A stretch of 63,171 nucleotides of DNA, filler included. It is 7 parts of 7 records of this genome, joined end to end, with 100 filler letters (N's around TTAATTAATTAA, not from the genome) between each part and the next. Parts side by side here need not be neighbours in the genome. Positions count along the whole stretch, not along the records: positions 18,214 to 25,893 come from SRR31156797_58400; positions 25,994 to 33,323 come from SRR31156797_58430; 5 more parts are not named here. One strand, written 5' to 3'. Positions 20,685-30,419 of this stretch are shown in pieces. The first letter of the stretch is position 1. Each line of letters starts with the position of its first letter. The notes beneath the pieces are model-generated. The model saw nothing but the letters and a program-made list of their open reading frames with translations. It was not told where the DNA came from and did no database searches. The translations under genes and the position numbers were made by a program.

Positions 20685-22619
20685 CTAGGGTGCTTTAGCA
20701 AGCGGCTGGTGCCCCGTGGCGTCCACGGCCACAACGCCGACGCGTCCGAACCCGTAGTAGAAGAAGAAGCTACTGCCGAACTCGCGGATCAGGCGATTCA
20801 TGGCTTGCCGCTGGTTGCCGGCTTGCGGCGCGATCTGGCGAAACGATTGGTAGCGCTGGTACGTGGCCGGGCTGATGCCCAGGACCACTGGGTCGATCGG
20901 CTGTTTCTGCACGGTGCGCCAGATCAGCAAAGCCTCTTCAAAGTAGGTCGGCATGCCATCGTAATCGAACTCGCTCAGGCGGTCCAGATTGGCGATGACC
21001 TTGTCCAGCTGACGCGTCAGCAGGTGACAAGCCATCAGGTATTCGAAGGCCATCTTGTTCTGTGGATTGTGCTCCAGCAACCCGGCCAGGATCTGCTCAA
21101 CCGACCCGCCGTAGGTCACCCCGTAAGGATCCGCGGGCATGCAGGAGCGGATGCGATCGATCCAGGCAGCCCGGTCCGGCGCGAATCCATGACGCAGGCC
21201 ATCCAGCATCGCCTGGGCAGTGTCGCGATAGATCGGGTCCTTCTGCAAAACGGCGAGATATACGTGTGCGGTTTCGGTTTGGCCCTTGATGATGTTGATC
21301 CAGGCCAGCTTCTCGAGCACGATCGCGAGATTCCCTTCGGTAGCCAGCAGTTCCCCTGCCATCTTCTCGGCCGTATTGATGTTGCCCACTTCGATGAACA
21401 ACTCGCACAACTGGAGTTGGGTCAATGCCGAGGGAAGCCGCTCGTGGGTCAGCAGCAGCGCGTGCGGATTCTGCGGGAACGAGAACATCTCGTAGGGCAG
21501 CCGCCCGGTATGATACAGGGCGCGATTGATGTCGTGATTGCAGGCGATATTGGCCTTGCCCTTCGGCAGGGCGCGGGCCAGTTCGAGCAGTCGTGACCAT
21601 TGTCGCTGCCGAGCACAGGTGCTGATCTGCAAGGAGTCTTCCCGTGACCCGTCATGAGTCAAGGCCAGCCCCACGGCGAATACCAGAACCGGCAACACCG
21701 TCGCGGCAGCACGCCTTCCGAACACCAGGGCCTGGCTGCGGGGCTTGTCCTTCTTGCCCTTAGTCTTGCCGGGACGGCGTGTCGTTCTGTGGCTCCAGGC
21801 GCTCTTGCCCACCAACATCACGGCGAAAGCGACCGGCACGAAGGCATACAACGTGACCAACAGTGTCCGGGACAGCGGGTTCATGCCCGCGGCGACATCG
21901 GCCGAGAACGGCGTCGCAATGAGCAGCGCCGTGCGCGGCGGCAGCAGGTAGACATATTCGCCCAGCCCTCGAACGAGAACGACGCTGGCCGCAACGACGA
22001 ACAGGCTCGGCCACACCTGGCGACGGATGAAGGCCGAATAGATTGCCGTCATGAGTGCGAATACGAAAACGCCCCCGGTGCCCGCCAGGGCGTACCCGAT
22101 AACCGTCAGCAGACAGTACACGGGCAGGCGAATCGAAATCTGACGCCAGGGTAGCCGCTCGAAAGCCAGCGAAAAAAGCAGGCCCAGCGACACCGTCAGG
22201 GCAGCACCGAGCGGATGCCGATACTGGCTGGCGATCAGCAAAACACAAATGGCCGGCAGGCAGAGAAGGAAAGAAACGCGGGGCAGGTTCGCATAGGAAA
22301 GATGACGTTCAGCCAACACCGTGACCAGCAGCGCCATCAGCACGATGATCAGCGCCCCGGCCCATGCGTAGTAGTACCACTGCGAAAGGTATCCGGACAA
22401 ATAGACCACGAGTCCGGCGGGCATGGCCAGCGACTGCCTGAAAAACAGCCACCCGCTGGAGAACACCGGCGCCTCGGGAAGCACGGCCCCGAAGCTTCGA
22501 TAGAGCAGGTGCGAATCGACGCACAGCCACAGGTAGAGAAAGGCCGGGGCGAAGAGCACCAGCCCGCCAGCCCAGTGCCCGCTGTGTTCTCTCAGGTTGA
22601 TTGGCCGACGAGACTTCAC
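20685..22619 (-). CDS. DUF6057-like membrane protein with TPR-like C terminus
   Basis: Multi-TM N half with YLSGYLSQWY. C half has NPQNKMAFEYLMA and FGSSFFFYY. Directly abuts the TolB-like gene. Confidence 0.7.
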   Translation of the reverse strand: MKSRRPINLREHSGHWAGGLVLFAPAFLYLWLCVDSHLLYRSFGAVLPEAPVFSSGWLFFRQSLAMPAGLVVYLSGYLSQWYYYAWAGALIIVLMALLVTVLAERHLSYANLPRVSFLLCLPAICVLLIASQYRHPLGAALTVSLGLLFSLAFERLPWRQISIRLPVYCLLTVIGYALAGTGGVFVFALMTAIYSAFIRRQVWPSLFVVAASVVLVRGLGEYVYLLPPRTALLIATPFSADVAAGMNPLSRTLLVTLYAFVPVAFAVMLVGKSAWSHRTTRRPGKTKGKKDKPRSQALVFGRRAAATVLPVLVFAVGLALTHDGSREDSLQISTCARQRQWSRLLELARALPKGKANIACNHDINRALYHTGRLPYEMFSFPQNPHALLLTHERLPSALTQLQLCELFIEVGNINTAEKMAGELLATEGNLAIVLEKLAWINIIKGQTETAHVYLAVLQKDPIYRDTAQAMLDGLRHGFAPDRAAWIDRIRSCMPADPYGVTYGGSVEQILAGLLEHNPQNKMAFEYLMACHLLTRQLDKVIANLDRLSEFDYDGMPTYFEEALLIWRTVQKQPIDPVVLGISPATYQRYQSFRQIAPQAGNQRQAMNRLIREFGSSFFFYYGFGRVGVVAVDATGHQPLAKAP

Positions 22620-24194
22620 TTATTCACGCTCCTGCCAGGGCTCGATCGGTTTGGCTTTCGGCGTCGCCCCTGTGATGGGGGCCTCGGCCACAATGGTCGC
22701 GGCCGATCGCGCCCCACGAGCCAGCGCGGTCCTGCTGGCCGTCACTGGGCCTGTGACCAGTTCCGGGGCACTGTACGTCTCCAGCAACGCGTCGTAGTAG
22801 CCCGGGTCCTCCTGCGGCACGACAATCGGCTTGTGGGCCACCCCCTTCTCGTCGACGTAGCTGAGGAACGTCCGCGTGAAGAGCCCGCCCTGGCGTTTGC
22901 TGCTAAAAGCGATCCACCGACTGTTGCTCGACCAACTGTGCCACGATTCGGAAGCGTCGCTGTTGATCGCGAGTTTGCGATGGGTCCCAGTCGCCAGATC
23001 CATGAGGTACAAATCGCTGCTGCGCTGGTAGATGGGGAAGCAGCCGTACTGGCACATGCAGAAGAGCAGGAACCTGCCGTCCGGCGAGATCCGGGGCAGC
23101 AGGATGCTCAGCCCCGTCTTCTCGGCCGACAGCACCGTCTCGACCTCGCCCCAGGCGTCGGTATCGATATCATAGCGGATGCGGCACAGATCGTACTTGA
23201 GCTTCTCATAATTCTCAGGCGGGACGGTGTCACGATCGGCCCAGAGGATCGGCCCGCTACAGAAATACAGATACTTGCCATCGGGTGACCACGCCGGATA
23301 GGTCTCGAGCCGGTCCTTGTCCGATAGCCCGGGTGGACACACCACTTCCTGGCGCTCGACCATGTAGCAGGCCAGAGCCGAATCCAGATCGACGACGTCA
23401 CGTACCTGGGGCCCGCCGCGATGGAAAAACTGCCGCACCTTGCTCAGCGAATAGATGGCGAGCTTTCCGCTCGGATGCCAGGCGGTGTAGCCCCACTTGG
23501 AACCGATCTTCTCGACCGTCCCGTCCTGTGCCAACAGCGTCGAACTTCCATACTCGGCACTGCGCAGGCCGATAGTCAGCGTGTCGGGCTCGTTGCCGAC
23601 GAAGCTGTGGCAATTCAGACAGCCTTCGCCGAACGAACGCCCGTGCAGCACGACGGACGTGCGGTAGTCGGCGAGTTGGCGCTGATAGATGCCGATGCTC
23701 TTCCACCAATTGTAGATGGGTTTCATAAGTCGAAACACCAGCGTCCCGTCGATGTCCTCGGGGGCCACGGTGTTGGTCAAACGCTGGAACTTCTTCCAGT
23801 CCCCGTCGGCATCCTTGACGAAGACATCGACGAAGATGGGTTTGCCTCGGTTGGCAGCGAGCAGGGCTCGCCATGGCCGAAGAGGAATCCGCATCGAACC
23901 GCTCTTGGAGGCGACAACAATCGCTTCGCCTGCGGCCGCGTGGATCTTTGCCTGGTAGGCCTGGCCCGGCTCAAGCACCTGGAAGTTCAGCGGTGCGATG
24001 TTGGCCGGGATGACTGTGCCGAAATAGTCGGGGCTGACGTTCGGGTCGCGGGCCACGTCCGTATACGTCTCGACCGAGGAAGGCGCGCAGGAGACCAGCC
24101 AAAGACTTGAGGCGGCAACAATGCCACACAAGCCGGCTACGACTGCAAATCGGTTTGCCCTGCTGGCGTATGACATACCGGATGGGAGCCTCAA
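22620..24194 (-). CDS. TolB-like (PD40 repeat) probable lipoprotein
   Basis: Motifs PDYFGTVIPANIAPLNF, CLNCH, AWHPSG, PAWSPDG, PRISPDG, HSWSSNSRWIAFSSKR. Start codon uncertain (24194 or 24176). Confidence 0.8.
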   Translation of the reverse strand: MRLPSGMSYASRANRFAVVAGLCGIVAASSLWLVSCAPSSVETYTDVARDPNVSPDYFGTVIPANIAPLNFQVLEPGQAYQAKIHAAAGEAIVVASKSGSMRIPLRPWRALLAANRGKPIFVDVFVKDADGDWKKFQRLTNTVAPEDIDGTLVFRLMKPIYNWWKSIGIYQRQLADYRTSVVLHGRSFGEGCLNCHSFVGNEPDTLTIGLRSAEYGSSTLLAQDGTVEKIGSKWGYTAWHPSGKLAIYSLSKVRQFFHRGGPQVRDVVDLDSALACYMVERQEVVCPPGLSDKDRLETYPAWSPDGKYLYFCSGPILWADRDTVPPENYEKLKYDLCRIRYDIDTDAWGEVETVLSAEKTGLSILLPRISPDGRFLLFCMCQYGCFPIYQRSSDLYLMDLATGTHRKLAINSDASESWHSWSSNSRWIAFSSKRQGGLFTRTFLSYVDEKGVAHKPIVVPQEDPGYYDALLETYSAPELVTGPVTASRTALARGARSAATIVAEAPITGATPKAKPIEPWQERE

Positions 24195-25198
24195 GGCTGA
24201 GATCGCTTCTCCAGCTTGGTGAAGAAATCGCGGAAGATCGGATCGCGACGCACGAAGTTCACCATGCGAATCAGATGGCGAGAATTATCGAAACTGTACG
24301 TATAGTCATTCGTCACGATCGGACTGTGCACCAGATCGGAAGGCAGCCACGTGTCGTTGATCAGCCAGGCAATGGCCGTCATATCCCAGAGGACCTTGGA
24401 CCAGCCGAAATGATCCTTGCGGTAGTCCTTGAAGATCTTCAGCAGGTAGTCGCCGATGGCCCCGCGACCGGCCACGTAGCGCTCCATCTCGGGCACGGTG
24501 GTCGCGAAATGCGTCACGATGGGCGTACAGGGCAACTGGACGAAAGGCACGCCGCAATGAAAAACCGTCCGCGAGGCGTTCAGGTCCTGCATGTAGTTGA
24601 ACTCTCGCTGGTGGGGCCAGTGATGCCCGTTGCCACCGAGCCAGACGACCACGATGTTCTTGATGATAGCCGGCTCGATGAGGATGGCGTTGCTGACGTT
24701 GGTGATGGCGCCGACGGCCACAACGTAGAGTGGATCGTCGGGGCTGCTTTTCTGGGCACGCTCGATCAGGTCCAGGGCCGCGGCACTGCGCTCGGGCTGC
24801 TTCGGATCGGTCAGATAGTGCGTGCTGCCTCGGAAGGCGAAACCGTCGGGCGACCGGTCCAGCTTGTCCAGGACGCGCAGGATTTCCTCGTAGCTTTTCT
24901 CCATACCATCGCCCGGTCCGGTCGAGCGGCTGTTCTTGAAGGGCGCGGCGTAGACCGCCTGGACGTCCAACTCGGGCGAAATCAAAGCGTAGACCAGGGC
25001 GAACTGATCGTCGATTTCGTTGTACGTATCCGTGTCGAACACCATCCGAACGGGCCTGGCCTGCGGAGGCTGGAGCATCGCGATTCGCTGCCCTTCCGGA
25101 ATCGTGGGAAACTCCTGAGCGCCCAGCGGAGCGACCGTTGCCATCAAGAGCCAAACCCAAATTGCGTGCAGCAGGATCCTCATACGTCGTCCTTTCAT
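24191..25198 (-). CDS. Nucleoside hydrolase family protein with signal peptide
   Basis: Motifs FDTDTYNEIDDQFAL, GAITN, WLGG, EFN, LWD. Confidence 0.88.
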   Translation of the reverse strand: MKGRRMRILLHAIWVWLLMATVAPLGAQEFPTIPEGQRIAMLQPPQARPVRMVFDTDTYNEIDDQFALVYALISPELDVQAVYAAPFKNSRSTGPGDGMEKSYEEILRVLDKLDRSPDGFAFRGSTHYLTDPKQPERSAAALDLIERAQKSSPDDPLYVVAVGAITNVSNAILIEPAIIKNIVVVWLGGNGHHWPHQREFNYMQDLNASRTVFHCGVPFVQLPCTPIVTHFATTVPEMERYVAGRGAIGDYLLKIFKDYRKDHFGWSKVLWDMTAIAWLINDTWLPSDLVHSPIVTNDYTYSFDNSRHLIRMVNFVRRDPIFRDFFTKLEKRSQP

Positions 25199-25659
25199 TC
25201 AAAATCGGCGCGGCCGCCGGAGACGGTTTCGTCGCGCGCCATCATGAGCATATCACGTACGGCTTCCGGATCGGCGATGCCATACAGGGTCGCTTCGGGG
25301 ACCGATTGTCCCGTCCCGGCCGTCTGAATGCGCAGCTCCCAGATCCGACATAATTTCATCAAGGGCCCTTGTGCCAGAACCGCATCAGTGATGCGATCCA
25401 GCGGAATGGCTTTGCGCTTCAGAAAGAACACCCCGTGGTCGACGCGCAGCGTGCTGCCCTCGAGCCAATAGTGCAGCGCTTCGGCTTGCTTGCGCGAGAG
25501 CCAGGGCCCCAACGTCACCGCATGCAAAATCGCCAACGCCAGCCCCACGCCGCAGAACCAGATGCCGACCACAATAATCATCAGAATCTGCATCCAGTAG
25601 AAATACCGCGCCACGGGCTTGCGCTGCACGGAAAACTCATTTGTCGTTGGCTCGTCCAT
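25195..25659 (-). CDS. Bacterial PH domain (YdbS-like) membrane protein
   Basis: Two TM segments, then GVFF...IPLDRITD...QGPL...LRIQTAG. Confidence 0.8.
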   Translation of the reverse strand: MDEPTTNEFSVQRKPVARYFYWMQILMIIVVGIWFCGVGLALAILHAVTLGPWLSRKQAEALHYWLEGSTLRVDHGVFFLKRKAIPLDRITDAVLAQGPLMKLCRIWELRIQTAGTGQSVPEATLYGIADPEAVRDMLMMARDETVSGGRADFE

Positions 25660-25811
25660 GCGTCTGTTTCCTTCAAGGCCTGTCCCATGGCTCACCTATG
25701 ACACCCCACCACCATAGCACAGCCAGCGACATCCATCCAGACCCTGCCCGCGATTTCGGTCTTTCGCGCCGGATTGATACCTGGGGCTGAAATGGACCGA
25801 TAGAGGTCGAC

Positions 25812-25892
25812 TCAGGATTCCAGGGTCAGGGGGTAGCGGACGCGGAAGGTGGTGCCTGCTTCTCCACTGGTGGTAAACGAGACCTGACCGCG
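25812..25892 (-). CDS. C-terminal end of a histidine kinase HATPase domain (fragment at contig edge)
   Basis: Hand translation RGQVSFTTSGEAGTTFRVRYPLTLES*. Confidence 0.6.
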   Translation of the reverse strand, partial: RGQVSFTTSGEAGTTFRVRYPLTLES

Positions 25893-25893
25893 C

Positions 25894-25993
25894 NNNNNNN
25901 NNNNNNNNNNNNNNNNNNNNNNNNNNNNNNNNNNNNNTTAATTAATTAANNNNNNNNNNNNNNNNNNNNNNNNNNNNNNNNNNNNNNNNNNNN
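25894..25993. other. Artificial contig linker
   Basis: N44-TTAATTAATTAA-N44. Confidence 0.98.
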
Positions 25994-26941
25994 GCAACTG
26001 ACGCCCATTCCGATGGGGCAGGAAGCCCCGTGGCGGGGCATTCGGATAACCCGAACATCCAGACAGAAATATTTGCCGCCGAACTGAGCGCCGATGCCGG
26101 TCTCCCGGCTCGTTTTCAGAATCTCGTCTTCCAATTCAATGTCCCTGAAAGCGCGGCCGCCCGGCGATCCGGTGGTCGGCAGGTTATCCAGATAACCGGT
26201 ACTGGCCAATTTTACGGTTTTCAGGTTCAACTCCGCCGACGTCCCGCCGATGGCAAAAGCCAGATGATAGGGCGGGCAGGCTGCCGTACCCAAGGTTTTC
26301 ATTTTTTCCAACAGGAATTTTTTGAGCCTGTCCGGATTTAAAACAGCCTTGGTTTCCTGGTAGAGATAGACTTTGTTGGCGCTTCCGCCGCCCTTGGCCA
26401 CAAACAGGAATTTGTAGGCATCGCCCCATGTGGCATACAAATCGATCTGGGCCGGAAGGTTGCAGCCGGTGTTTTTTTCCTCAAACATGCTCAAAGGAGC
26501 GTTCTGGGAATACCGCAGATTGTTTTGGACATAGGCGTTGAACACCCCTTTGCTAATTGCCTCCCTTTCATTGAAATCAGCCCACACCTGCTGGCCTTTT
26601 TTGCCCATGATAAGGGCCGTTCCGGTATCCTGGCACATGGGAAATTCCATCTCCGCCGAAATGACGGCGTTTTTGAGCATCTCCAGGGCAACCAGCCGGT
26701 CATTCTTGGAGGCTTCCGGGTCGTCTAAAATGGCGGCCAGCTTTTCAAGGTGCACCGGCCGCAGCAAATGGGCGACATCCCGGAACGCGGTTTCCGTCAG
26801 AAGCGTCAGGGCCCGGGGTTCAATTTTGAGAATCTCCTTCCCTTCAAAAGAGGTTGTGGAAACATGATCTTGACTTAGAAGACGATACCGGGTGGTATCC
26901 TCTCCCAGGGGAAACATCTCCTGATAACTGAAATCAACCAT
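25994..26941 (-). CDS. fumA: Fumarate hydratase class I (3' truncated)
   Basis: Motifs [60 protein letters not shown] before ATG 26941. Confidence 0.93.
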
Positions 26942-27042
26942 TTTGTTCTCCTTCCAAATTCCCGTATTCTCATATTTTTTTAGCAAAAGGCGTTCATGAA
27001 GATATGTTTTTTGTCTGACGTCTGCGCCATAAAAAAAATGGA

Positions 27043-27071
27043 TTGACATGGCATCCGCAGTTGTTTATTTA
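27043..27071 (+). promoter_or_regulatory. Sigma70-type promoter for the leader/CoA-transferase transcript
   Basis: TTGACA (27043-27048), 17-nt spacer, TATTTA (27066-27071). Confidence 0.65.
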
Positions 27072-27100
27072 AACGGAAAACAAACGGGAGTGCAACAGGA

Positions 27101-27178
27101 ATGAAATTTTTTGGGCAGATATCTTTTTTTGGCTTTTTCTTTTGCTTTAGCCAGAGGTCTGCCCGGCTCCGCCAGTAA
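27101..27178 (+). CDS. Phe-rich attenuator leader peptide MKFFGQISFFGFFFCFSQRSARLRQ
   Basis: 8 Phe in the first 16 codons. GGGAG/AGGA upstream. Overlaps the alternative hairpins. Too short for the ORF track. Confidence 0.8.
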   Translation: MKFFGQISFFGFFFCFSQRSARLRQ

Positions 27179-27237
27179 CAACAAAACGGAGACCATGGGC
27201 AGGCCTCATTAGCCACCCATGGTTGAAAATGACTTTG

Positions 27238-27270
27238 AAGGCCATGGGATTTACCCCATGGCCTTTTTTT
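27238..27270 (+). terminator. Attenuator terminator upstream of the CoA-transferase gene
   Basis: AAGGCCATGGG-ATTTAC-CCCATGGCC followed by T7. Lies about 95 nt before the start codon on the same strand. Confidence 0.88.
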
Positions 27271-27363
27271 GTGGTTAAAAAGGCCCAGCACGGGTTTTGA
27301 ACAACAGGTTGATAGAACGGGGAGCTTCGACGAAAACCATGGGTTAAAAGGAGGTAAAGAGAG

Positions 27364-28572
27364 ATGGGCGGACCTTTGGAAGGGGTTAAAGTAGTTGAAA
27401 TTACGATGTTTCAACAGGGACCGGTGGCGGGGATGCGACTGGGGGATCTGGGTGCGGATGTGATCAAGATAGAAGCGAAAACCGGTGACCCGGCGAGGGG
27501 ATTCATGAAAATCATCGGCGCCATGGCCGGCCTCAAGGGGCATAACTACTATTTTGAACATACCAACCGGAATAAAAGAAGCCTGGTTCTGGATCTCAAG
27601 ACCGAAAAAGGGATGGCGGTATTTCTGGACCTGATCGATGGCGCCGATGTCTTTCTTAACAATATGAGCATCGGCGCACCCATCAAAATGGGGATCGGCC
27701 CGGATGATCTGATGAAAAGAAATCCCCGGCTGATCTATGCCCAGGCATCCGGGTGGGGCCGGAGGGGGGCGGACGCCAAGACCCTCTCCTTTGATTACAC
27801 CGGCATTGCCCGATCGGGACTGATGATGTCCTGTGGCGAAAAAGGATCGCCGCCGACGCAGATTCTGCCGGGCATGGGAGATGAAATCGGTGGACTCATC
27901 TGCGCCTGGGGTATCACCGCGGCCCTTTACGCACGGGAAAAGACCGGCAGGGGGCAGGTGGTGGATACTTCCCTCATGGGGAGTATGATCGGCGCTTTGG
28001 GGTTTATCATGGCCGCACCCGCCATGCTGGGGCAGGAATTCCCCAGGGAGGTGAGGGCCCGGGCCGGCAATCCTCTCTACAATCATTACCGGTGCAAAGA
28101 TGACCGGTGGGTCGCCATTGCCCATCTGGATCCGGACAGATACTGGCCGAAATTGTGCCGGGCTCTGGGGCTTGAGGATCTGGAACAGGATGAAAGGTTC
28201 GGCAGCATTGAAGCCCGCGGGGAAAACGCTGAACCCCTGGTGGCGATTTTCGATGAGAAATTCGCCGCGAAAACAAGAGATGAGTGGTTTGAGATCCTGG
28301 GCGAAGAAGGATGCATTTTCACGCCGATTCAGACCCCCACAGAGGTTACCAACGACCCCCAGGCACTTGCCAACCACTACTTTATTCCCGTGGAGCATCC
28401 CGACTGGGGCGCCACCAAAATGACCGGATTCCCATGGGATTTCAGCGAAACACCGGCATCATGGCGGCGAAAGGCACCGGGATTTGGAGAACACAGTGAA
28501 GAAATCCTAAAAGAGCTGGGTTACACTAAAGAAAAGATAGCATCCCTTAAAGGAGATGGTATTGTTTCATGA
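27364..28572 (+). CDS. Family III CoA-transferase (CaiB/BaiF)
   Basis: Motifs PLEGVKVVE, LGDLGADVIKIE, NRNKRSLVLDLK, NPRLIYA, TGRGQVVDTSL, PGFGEHSEEIL. AGGAGG RBS. Confidence 0.93.
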   Translation: MGGPLEGVKVVEITMFQQGPVAGMRLGDLGADVIKIEAKTGDPARGFMKIIGAMAGLKGHNYYFEHTNRNKRSLVLDLKTEKGMAVFLDLIDGADVFLNNMSIGAPIKMGIGPDDLMKRNPRLIYAQASGWGRRGADAKTLSFDYTGIARSGLMMSCGEKGSPPTQILPGMGDEIGGLICAWGITAALYAREKTGRGQVVDTSLMGSMIGALGFIMAAPAMLGQEFPREVRARAGNPLYNHYRCKDDRWVAIAHLDPDRYWPKLCRALGLEDLEQDERFGSIEARGENAEPLVAIFDEKFAAKTRDEWFEILGEEGCIFTPIQTPTEVTNDPQALANHYFIPVEHPDWGATKMTGFPWDFSETPASWRRKAPGFGEHSEEILKELGYTKEKIASLKGDGIVS

Positions 28573-28679
28573 AGTGCCGCTATGGAAAATGCAAACATGT
28601 TTCTTTCTTTTGTGGTCTCCGGATCGCCCATCAAGGGCACCCATGGGTATTTGGATCAATAACGGACGGGGTATCTTTT

Positions 28680-30419
28680 CTATGGTTGACGCTGCCCGGT
28701 AATGATCCGCTTCTGTGCCTCTTTCCCCTTCAGATTCTTTTCAACAAAAAGCTTTTGCCCCGTAAAAGGATCCCGGCCGGTATAATACATAAGGGTTGAA
28801 TATGTGGCGGGTGTGGGCGTAAAAATCTGCACCTGCTCGGGCAAGAGGTGTAACGTTTTCGTGGCGAACTTTCGAAGGGCCTGCATGTGGCCCATGGTGC
28901 ATCCGGGATGAGCGGCCATGAAATAGTAGGTCAGAAACATTCTGCTACCGATTTTTCGTTTCAACCCGTTGAAGAGACCTACAAATTTCTCAAGGCCATA
29001 TCCCCCCGGTTTTCCCATGAGATTCAAAACCGCATCGGAAACATGCTCCGGTGCAATTTTAAGCTGCCCTGACACATGATGCCGCAAAATCTCTTCCAGA
29101 TAGTTTCTGCCCATCTTACGGTCATGGAGAATCAAATCGTACCGGATACCCGACCCCACGAAAACCTTTCGAACGCCGTCCAATTGAGACAGGGCTTTTA
29201 AGAGATGCATCTGTGGACCGTGATGGACCGGCAGATGCTTGCACGGTTCGGGGAAAAGGCATCCCTTGTCTTTGCAGGCCCCTTGTTTCTGTTTCAATTT
29301 GCACTCAATGCCGTACATATTGGCCGTTGCCCCGCCCACATTGGAAATAATCCCCTTAAAACGGGGATGCTTCAAAAATCCGCGCGCTTCACGCAGAAGG
29401 GACGCCTCGCTGCGGGACGAAACATGCCGCCCCTGGTGAACCGTAATGGCGCAGAACCGGCATTCCCCATAACACCCCCGGTGGGTGGTCAGGGAAAACC
29501 GAATGGTATCCAGGGCCGGAACCTTCCCCTTTTTCCCGTAAAAGGGGTGGATATCCCTGGCGTAGGGGAGTTCGTAAACCCGGTCGAGGGCATTTGGAGG
29601 AAGGGGTAAAGCGGGGGGATTCTGCACCAGGTAGCGTGTATCCTGTTTCTGATAAAGCCGTCTGCCGGTCATGGGATCCGCATTTTCATAGAAAGCCTTG
29701 AACATGCGGGTGAATCGATTCCGGTCTTTCGACACTTCATTGTGTGGGGGAAGCAGCAGATCCGGAGACGGGAATTGAGAATCGGGTACCGGAACATCCC
29801 GGCTGATGTAGCAGATGCCGCGAATTCCCGTTATGGGCAAACCCTCACGACGTTTTTGAGCCAGCGCCACCACGCTGCTCTCACCCATGCCGTACACCAG
29901 CACATCGGCTTTGGCGTCAAACAGGATAGACCGTCTCACCGAGTTCGACCAGGCATCATAATGGGATATGCGCCTCAGACTGGCCTCAATCCCACCTAAG
30001 ACAATAAAGGCATGGTTCTTGAAATACCGACGAATGAGGTTGCTGTAGATAATAACGGCCCGGTCGGGACGTTGGGAGTTTACACCCCCCGGCGTCAGGT
30101 CGTCCCGTTTGCGACGTTTCCCCGAAGCCGTGTAATTGGCAACAAGGGAATCCACGGCTCCGGCGGTCACTCCCCAGAACAGTTTCGGAGAACCCAATCT
30201 TGAGATATCCCCACCACCCTGCACATCCGGCTGGGCGATGATACCGACCCGGAAGCCTTCATCCATGAGTACCCGACCCATAACCGCCACACCCATGTGA
30301 GGAGAATCCACGTAAGCATCCCCGGTCACCAGAATCACGTCCGGAGCGTCCCAACCGAGATCCGAAATCTCTTTTCGGGTTGTGGGAATAAAGGGCGGGG
30401 TTTGGGAAATGGAGATCAA
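28680..30419 (-). CDS. ygiQ: YgiQ family radical SAM protein
   Basis: Motifs VTGDAYVDSP, GGIEASLRR, CYGECRFC (CxxxCxxC), SGIRYDL, LKIAPEH, YFMAAHPG, EQVQIFTPTP. Confidence 0.92.
   Translation of the reverse strand: MISISQTPPFIPTTRKEISDLGWDAPDVILVTGDAYVDSPHMGVAVMGRVLMDEGFRVGIIAQPDVQGGGDISRLGSPKLFWGVTAGAVDSLVANYTASGKRRKRDDLTPGGVNSQRPDRAVIIYSNLIRRYFKNHAFIVLGGIEASLRRISHYDAWSNSVRRSILFDAKADVLVYGMGESSVVALAQKRREGLPITGIRGICYISRDVPVPDSQFPSPDLLLPPHNEVSKDRNRFTRMFKAFYENADPMTGRRLYQKQDTRYLVQNPPALPLPPNALDRVYELPYARDIHPFYGKKGKVPALDTIRFSLTTHRGCYGECRFCAITVHQGRHVSSRSEASLLREARGFLKHPRFKGIISNVGGATANMYGIECKLKQKQGACKDKGCLFPEPCKHLPVHHGPQMHLLKALSQLDGVRKVFVGSGIRYDLILHDRKMGRNYLEEILRHHVSGQLKIAPEHVSDAVLNLMGKPGGYGLEKFVGLFNGLKRKIGSRMFLTYYFMAAHPGCTMGHMQALRKFATKTLHLLPEQVQIFTPTPATYSTLMYYTGRDPFTGQKLFVEKNLKGKEAQKRIITGQRQP

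Noticed and set aside
26980-28398. 472-aa - strand ORF, and similar long antisense ORFs (1276-2376, 18765-19901, 24107-25327)
   Set aside because: Shadows of well-supported genes in GC-rich DNA, with no domain motifs.
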